Of a DNA stretch of 52,935 bases, positions 47,481 to 52,935 are shown one piece after another. Under the pieces are notes generated by a model. The model was given only the letters and a program-made list of their open reading frames with translations, made no database searches and was not told the DNA's origin. Source of the stretch: Octopus bimaculoides (taxonomy: Eukaryota); NCBI RefSeq assembly GCF_001194135.2, contig NC_069000.1:41334221-41387155 (forward strand), in the 5' to 3' direction. Numbering within the stretch: the first letter of the stretch is position 1; every line of letters starts with the position of its first letter. Made by a program: the position numbers and the translations under genes.

Positions 47481-50379
47481 TCATTCAATTCATATTTACT
47501 ATAATCGGTTCCTCCACCTTCGGTCACATGGGGGGTTTTCAGGACTCTCCCATGAAAGACAATGATTTAAGTCGGATGGGTGTTGACAATGATTCAAGTC
47601 GGATGTGTGTATTATGCCCGCGTGAGTGAACAGTAAATAGCCTCGGAATGTTGGCCTGTTTGGTAGTGTCAAACTTTCTTTAAACCACCTATCCTCGGAC
47701 CCATTCGTCAGAAGTTGAGCAATTTAATGACTGAAATGTGCTCCCCAGTCACTCGGGATGCAGCGAAATACCTCCATTATCATATAAGATGATGCGACCA
47801 AAATCCCTACACGCCACCTATGAGTTAACAATTACAACCTCCCAGCTTCTAAAGCTTCTATCATTCATTACTTTTCTATTGCACTCCATGTACCGTTCCA
47901 AGAACCCAAGATGATCCTGAATGTATATTTGTTTTCAGTGGATAAACTCTTCTGCTGTACTAACACCAGAGGCACAAACGAAATGGAGACAACCAGAAAA
48001 GCAATTTCACTACAGAGTTTTTTTTATACTTTAACTTCTGGAAAGACGTTCTAACACAAAGTCGTAATCCTTCAATCCCATCGATCAAGAGTCTCTCACC
48101 CCAAGTTGTTCAATGAACGATGACTCAGCTGAATTCATTTCTCCATTGACAGGATTGTTTATTCTCCTGTAGTTTCCATTCTTGATTGCGTTGAAGGTAT
48201 AGACACTGATGGTCCGATTTTGCAAAAGGTTCATTGGGTTAAGCACACACATATATACCTTTAAAGTTGATTCGTATTATAAATGTCTAACTACATACAT
48301 TTTCTTGATGGCAACCTTATGGCACTCAAGTATTTGCATGAATTACGTTATGTCTCCCAAATATCCGAACTTCTCGTTTATCTAAGGAAGGTTCTACACA
48401 CGCTAACACATAGTGATGATTCTTATCGGATGTAGTGTGACAGTCTCAAAATATCACAAGTTTACACATAGTAACTTTGTTTACCCTGATCATATTTGTA
48501 CCACCTTTTACTGTCTTTTTTCTATTTTCTATGTATGTTGTAAGTGTTGTAAAGGAATACTTTGCTTCAATTTACCATTTTTCTTCTTTCGAGTGAGAGA
48601 ATTTTTCGTATTCCATACTCGCTGGTGATTTAACTTCTGATTGTAGTGCATCAGTGTTTAGGTAATAGTACAATGTGTGAGGGTAACGTGTACCGATTTT
48701 GAAATATGTTAATTAATCTTGTGGTGGGGTCNNNNNNNNNNNNNNNNNNNNNNNNNNNNNNNNNNNNNNNNNNNNNNNNNNNNNNNNNNNNNNNNNNNNN
48801 NNNNNNNNNNNNNNNNNNNNNNNNNNNNNNNATATGTATATGTATATGTATGTATTAGTTTAACGCTCCGGAAAACTGGAAGCGTCAATTACGTTTCGAC
48901 CGTATGCTCTTCGACAGAAAAGATTAAGAGGAAAAAAAGGAGAGGAAAAAAACTGTGCAACTTCCGGCGCGCCAACAAGGCGATATATACGCGTTTGTGT
49001 GTATGTATGTGTGCATCCTCTGGTGTGTGAATGCGCGTTTGTTCGTGTATATATGTCTGCCATTTAGGGAGACATGCATATATTTATATATGCTAAAATA
49101 TTTAATCGTGATTTACTGCTTCAGGTTGTACCTTCGACGAAAGAACAAGGTGGGGCGTTGTGTTCCTGAGCAAAACCATTTACATTGCACTGCAATTATA
49201 TCGACAGCAGTCCGTATGGCACGTTTCTGCACCAGTTCATTGCTTTGACGGAGTGAGTTTATGTAAAACCAATGATTTNNNNNNNNNNGTTCATTGCTTT
49301 GACGGAGTGAGTTTATGTAAAGCCAATGATTTGAACTCTGGAAACGAATCATCCGTGTAATTCTACGGCAATAAAATGCGAAAACGTTACCCGACGGAAA
49401 AGTCTATGGTGCATGTATATAGTTGTGTATGACTCTATGTGTGTACGCGTGTGTAATCGTGTGTGCATGCTTGTGTCATTGTGTGTGTGTGTACATCTCT
49501 CTCTCTCCCTCCCTCTCTCTCCCTCCCTCTCTCTCTCTCTCTCTATATATNNNNNNNNNNNNNNNNNNNNNNNNNNNNNNNNNNNNNNNNNNNNNNNNNN
49601 NNNNNNNNNNNNNNNNNNNNNNNNNNNNNNNNNNNNNNNNNNNNNNNNNNNNNNNNNNNNNNNNNNNNNNNNNNNNNNNNNNNNNNNNNNNNNNNNNNNN
49701 NNNNNNNNNNNNNNNNNNNNNNNNNNNNNNNNNNNNNNNNNNNNNNNNNNNNNNNNNNNNNNNNNNNNNNNNNNNNNNNNNNNNNNNNNNNNNNNNNNNN
49801 NNNNNNNNNNNNNNNNNNNNNNNNNNNNNNNNNNNNNNNNNNNNNNNNNNNNNNNNNNNNNNNNNNNNNNNNNNNNNNNNNNNNNNNNNNNNNNNNNNNN
49901 NNNNNNNNNNNNNNNNNNNNNNNNNNNNNNNNNNNNNNNNNNNNNNNNNNNNNNNNNNNNNNNNNNNNNNNNNNNNNNNNNNNNNNNNNNNNNNNNNNNN
50001 NNNNNNNNNNNNNNNNNNNNNNNNNNNNNNNNNNNNNNNNNNNNNNNNNNNNNNNNNNNNNNNNNNNNNNNNNNNNNNNNNNNNNNNNNNNNNNNNNNNN
50101 NNNNNNNNNNNNNNNNNNNNNNNNNNNNNNNNNNNNNNNNNNNNNNNNNNNNNNNNNNNNNNNNNNNNNNNNNNNNNNNNNNNNNNNNNNNNNNNNNNNN
50201 NNNNNNNNNNNNNNNNNNNNNNNNNNATCTATGAAACCGTCAGTCTGTCTGTCTGCCTATCTACCCATACACATAAATATCTATTTAGCAATTGATGGAT
50301 AGTTCTGTCTATTTGTTTAACCACATTAAAAAGCACCTATCCATCAATGTGTGCGTACATATATATTTACATATACGAA

Positions 50380-50417
<38 letters not shown>

Positions 50418-50431
50418 CACGACTACATTAC

Positions 50432-50700
50432 CTCTACCGGTCCGGCTCTCTTTAATATTATACCAGAATACATTAAAGGGGAAACAGATCATATTAAAAA
50501 ATGTCAATAGTTCTCAGGACAAATTTCCCGCAAATAATCACCGAACCAACCCCCTACACCCGGATATAACTCCAACAATAAAACCTTTACTAGCGCGGGC
50601 CATAGGGATTCACATATGTCTGAGGCGTGAATCACGATCTAAAAGGCTCCGCAAGTGGTGCTACTCAGTTGGACATGGGTCTATACTGGCGAAAACATCT
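50432..50700 (+). mobile_element. CR1/L2-group LINE 3' fragment
   Basis: TGPALFNIIPEYIKGE…DKFP..ITEP / PTPGY-like C-terminal motifs. Confidence 0.6.
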
Positions 50701-50720
50701 AAGTTATATATATATATATC

Positions 50721-50777
<57 letters not shown>

Positions 50778-52651
50778 TCAGAAGAGTGGTACAACAAGGC
50801 ACCGATAATATATATATATCAATAGATAGAAAGATAGATAGATTTCAAATTTACAGAAATCAAAGTAAAAGGACAGGTGTACAAACCACAAGCAGGAATA
50901 TAAGTTCAAAGCCCGGGTAGAATGGAAAAGTCTTTTATCTTTCGACCGCACGCTCTTCGACGGAAAGGATGAAGAGGATAAAAACGGAGACAGACTAAAA
51001 AACCCGGAGAGAGAAAAGAATGTGTAGAGATCATGTGTGTGTGTGTGTGTTTGTGTGTATGTGTGTATGCATGAATATATATATATATAAATACGTGTAT
51101 ACATATATATACATCTACACATACATATATCTAAGTATACACAAATATATATACGTGTGTACGTATGTATGTGTTCATGCATGTATGAATGTATGTATGT
51201 TTGTATGTATATATGTACGTATAAATTTCTCGCATTTCAAAATACAGAAACTCTCAGCGTCCCTTACTTACTGCGGGTGATTTCTCTTCCATCTTTCTGG
51301 TCCTTGCATCTAAATGAAGAANNNNNNNNNNNNNNNNNNNNNNNNNNNNNNNNNNNNNNNNNNNNNNNNNNNNNNNNNNNNNNNNNNNNNNNNNNNNNNN
51401 NNNNNNNNNNNNNNNNNNNNNNNNNNNNNNNNNNNNNNNNNNNNNNNNNNNNNNNNNNNNNNNNNNNNNNNNNNNNNNNNNNNNNNNNNNNNNNNNNNNN
51501 NNNNNNNNNNNNNNNNNNNNNNNNNNNNNNNNNNNNNNNNNNNNNNNNNNNNNNNNNNNNNNNNNNNNNNNNNNNNNNNNNNNNNNNNNNNNNNNNNNNN
51601 NNNNNNNNNNNNNNNNNNNNNNNNNNNNNNNNNNNNNNNNNNNNNNNNNNNNNNNNNNNNNNNNNNNNNNNNNNNNNNNNNNNNNNNNNNNNNNNNNNNN
51701 NNNNNNNNNNNNNNNNNNNNNNNNNNNNNNNNNNNNNNNNNNNNNNNNNNNNNNNNNNNNNNNNNNNNNNNNNNNNNNNNNNNNNNNNNNNNNNNNNNNN
51801 NNNNNNNNNNNNNNNNNNNNNNNNNNNNNNNNNNNNNNNNNNNNNNNNNNNNNNNNNNNNNNNNNNNNNNNNNNNNNNNNNNNNNNNNNNNNNNNNNNNN
51901 NNNNNNNNNNNNNNNNNNNNNNNNNNNNNNNNNNNNNNNNNNNNNNNNNNNNNNNNNNNNNNNNNNNNNNNNNNNNNNNNNNNNNNNNNNNNNNNNNNNN
52001 NNNNNNNNNNNNNNNNNNNNNNNNNNNNNNNNNNNNNNNNNNNNNNNNNNNNNNNNNNNNNNNNNNNNNNNNNNNNNNNNNNNNNNNNNNNNNNNNNNNN
52101 NNNNNNNNNNNNNNNNNNNNNNNNNNNNNNNNNNNNNNNNNNNNNNNNNNNNNNNNNNNNNNNNNNNNNNNNNNNNNNNNNNNNNNNNNNGGACAGCCGG
52201 GACCTCACTGTCTATGAATCGTCTTCGGAATTGATCTGTACCCGAATGACTAATCAGTGGCGAGTGACACTGACGGAAAGAGACATATTGTTCAAGCTAC
52301 AGACGACTTTCGCATGATTTTATTTCGAGTGGACCATATCTCGAGATGATAACCCTCCCACACATAGCCACCTACCCTCAACGTTGGCACCATTGGGATT
52401 GGGGACATACTAGATCTGGTTAGGTTGGATGCAGCGTGCTACCGGGTACATCAGATATAATCAAGACCTGTACACCAGCGCCAGAGCAACAGTGGATTTA
52501 TATCGGGGATTTCTTTTCCTAGACTAGGACACTAGCTGGGAGCTTAACACCTGGGAACACTAGAGGGTAAGTGGTAGTTCCCCATCCCTCAAAACCCAGG
52601 AAATTTCGTAGCATGGTCCCCACACTCGGATGCAGATTATGTACATATATA

Positions 52652-52761
52652 TGCGTGTGTGTGTGTGTGTGTATTTGTGTGTGTGTCTTTGTGTGTGTCT
52701 TTTTGTGTGTGTGTGTGTGTTAGTGTGTGCGCGTGTTTGTGTGAGTGTGTGTGTGTGTGTT

Positions 52762-52794
<33 letters not shown>

Positions 52795-52901
52795 GCGCGC
52801 GTTTGTGTATGTGTGTGTGTGTGCGCGCGCGCGTTTGTGTGTGTGTGTGTTTGTGTGTCTTTGTGTGTGTGTGTTGGTGTGTGTGTGCTTGTGTTTGTGT
52901 T

Positions 52902-52934
<33 letters not shown>

Positions 52935-52935
52935 G
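52652..52935. repeat. Degenerate (GT)n microsatellite
   Basis: Visible. Confidence 0.95.

Noticed and set aside
49244-49335. About 45-bp tandem duplication
   Set aside because: The two copies flank an 11-N gap, so this is most likely contig-overlap artefact.

Overview
AT-rich, microsatellite- and gap-rich eukaryotic genomic DNA. The SINE, RTE, Penelope and mariner repeat content suggests an octopus/coleoid cephalopod (inference from remembered repeat families, not a search). The real coding content is a tandem pair of paralogous 4-exon genes on the minus strand, which the ORF track only shows in fragments. Gene A is join(23937-23794, 17600-17549, 15585-15511, 10591-10101) and gene B is join(40498-40355, 37229-37178, 35750-35676, 32442-31952). 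Each gives a 762-nt CDS and a 253-aa protein, about 81% identical (48 differences by manual count), with GT-AG introns of phase 0/1/1. Both encode an N-terminal signal anchor, a short stalk and a Cys-rich C-terminal domain of the spongin short-chain collagen C4 (collagen IV NC1-related) family, but with no Gly-X-Y triple helix and with an odd, eleventh cysteine. The remainder is transposon debris. Notable non-coding structures are several Penelope-associated hammerhead ribozyme motifs (one with a fully canonical core at 5006-5095, minus strand), a 210-bp near-perfect palindrome, a composite SINE carrying a templated insertion copied from 5 kb away, and an inverted relic of intron 3 upstream of gene B.
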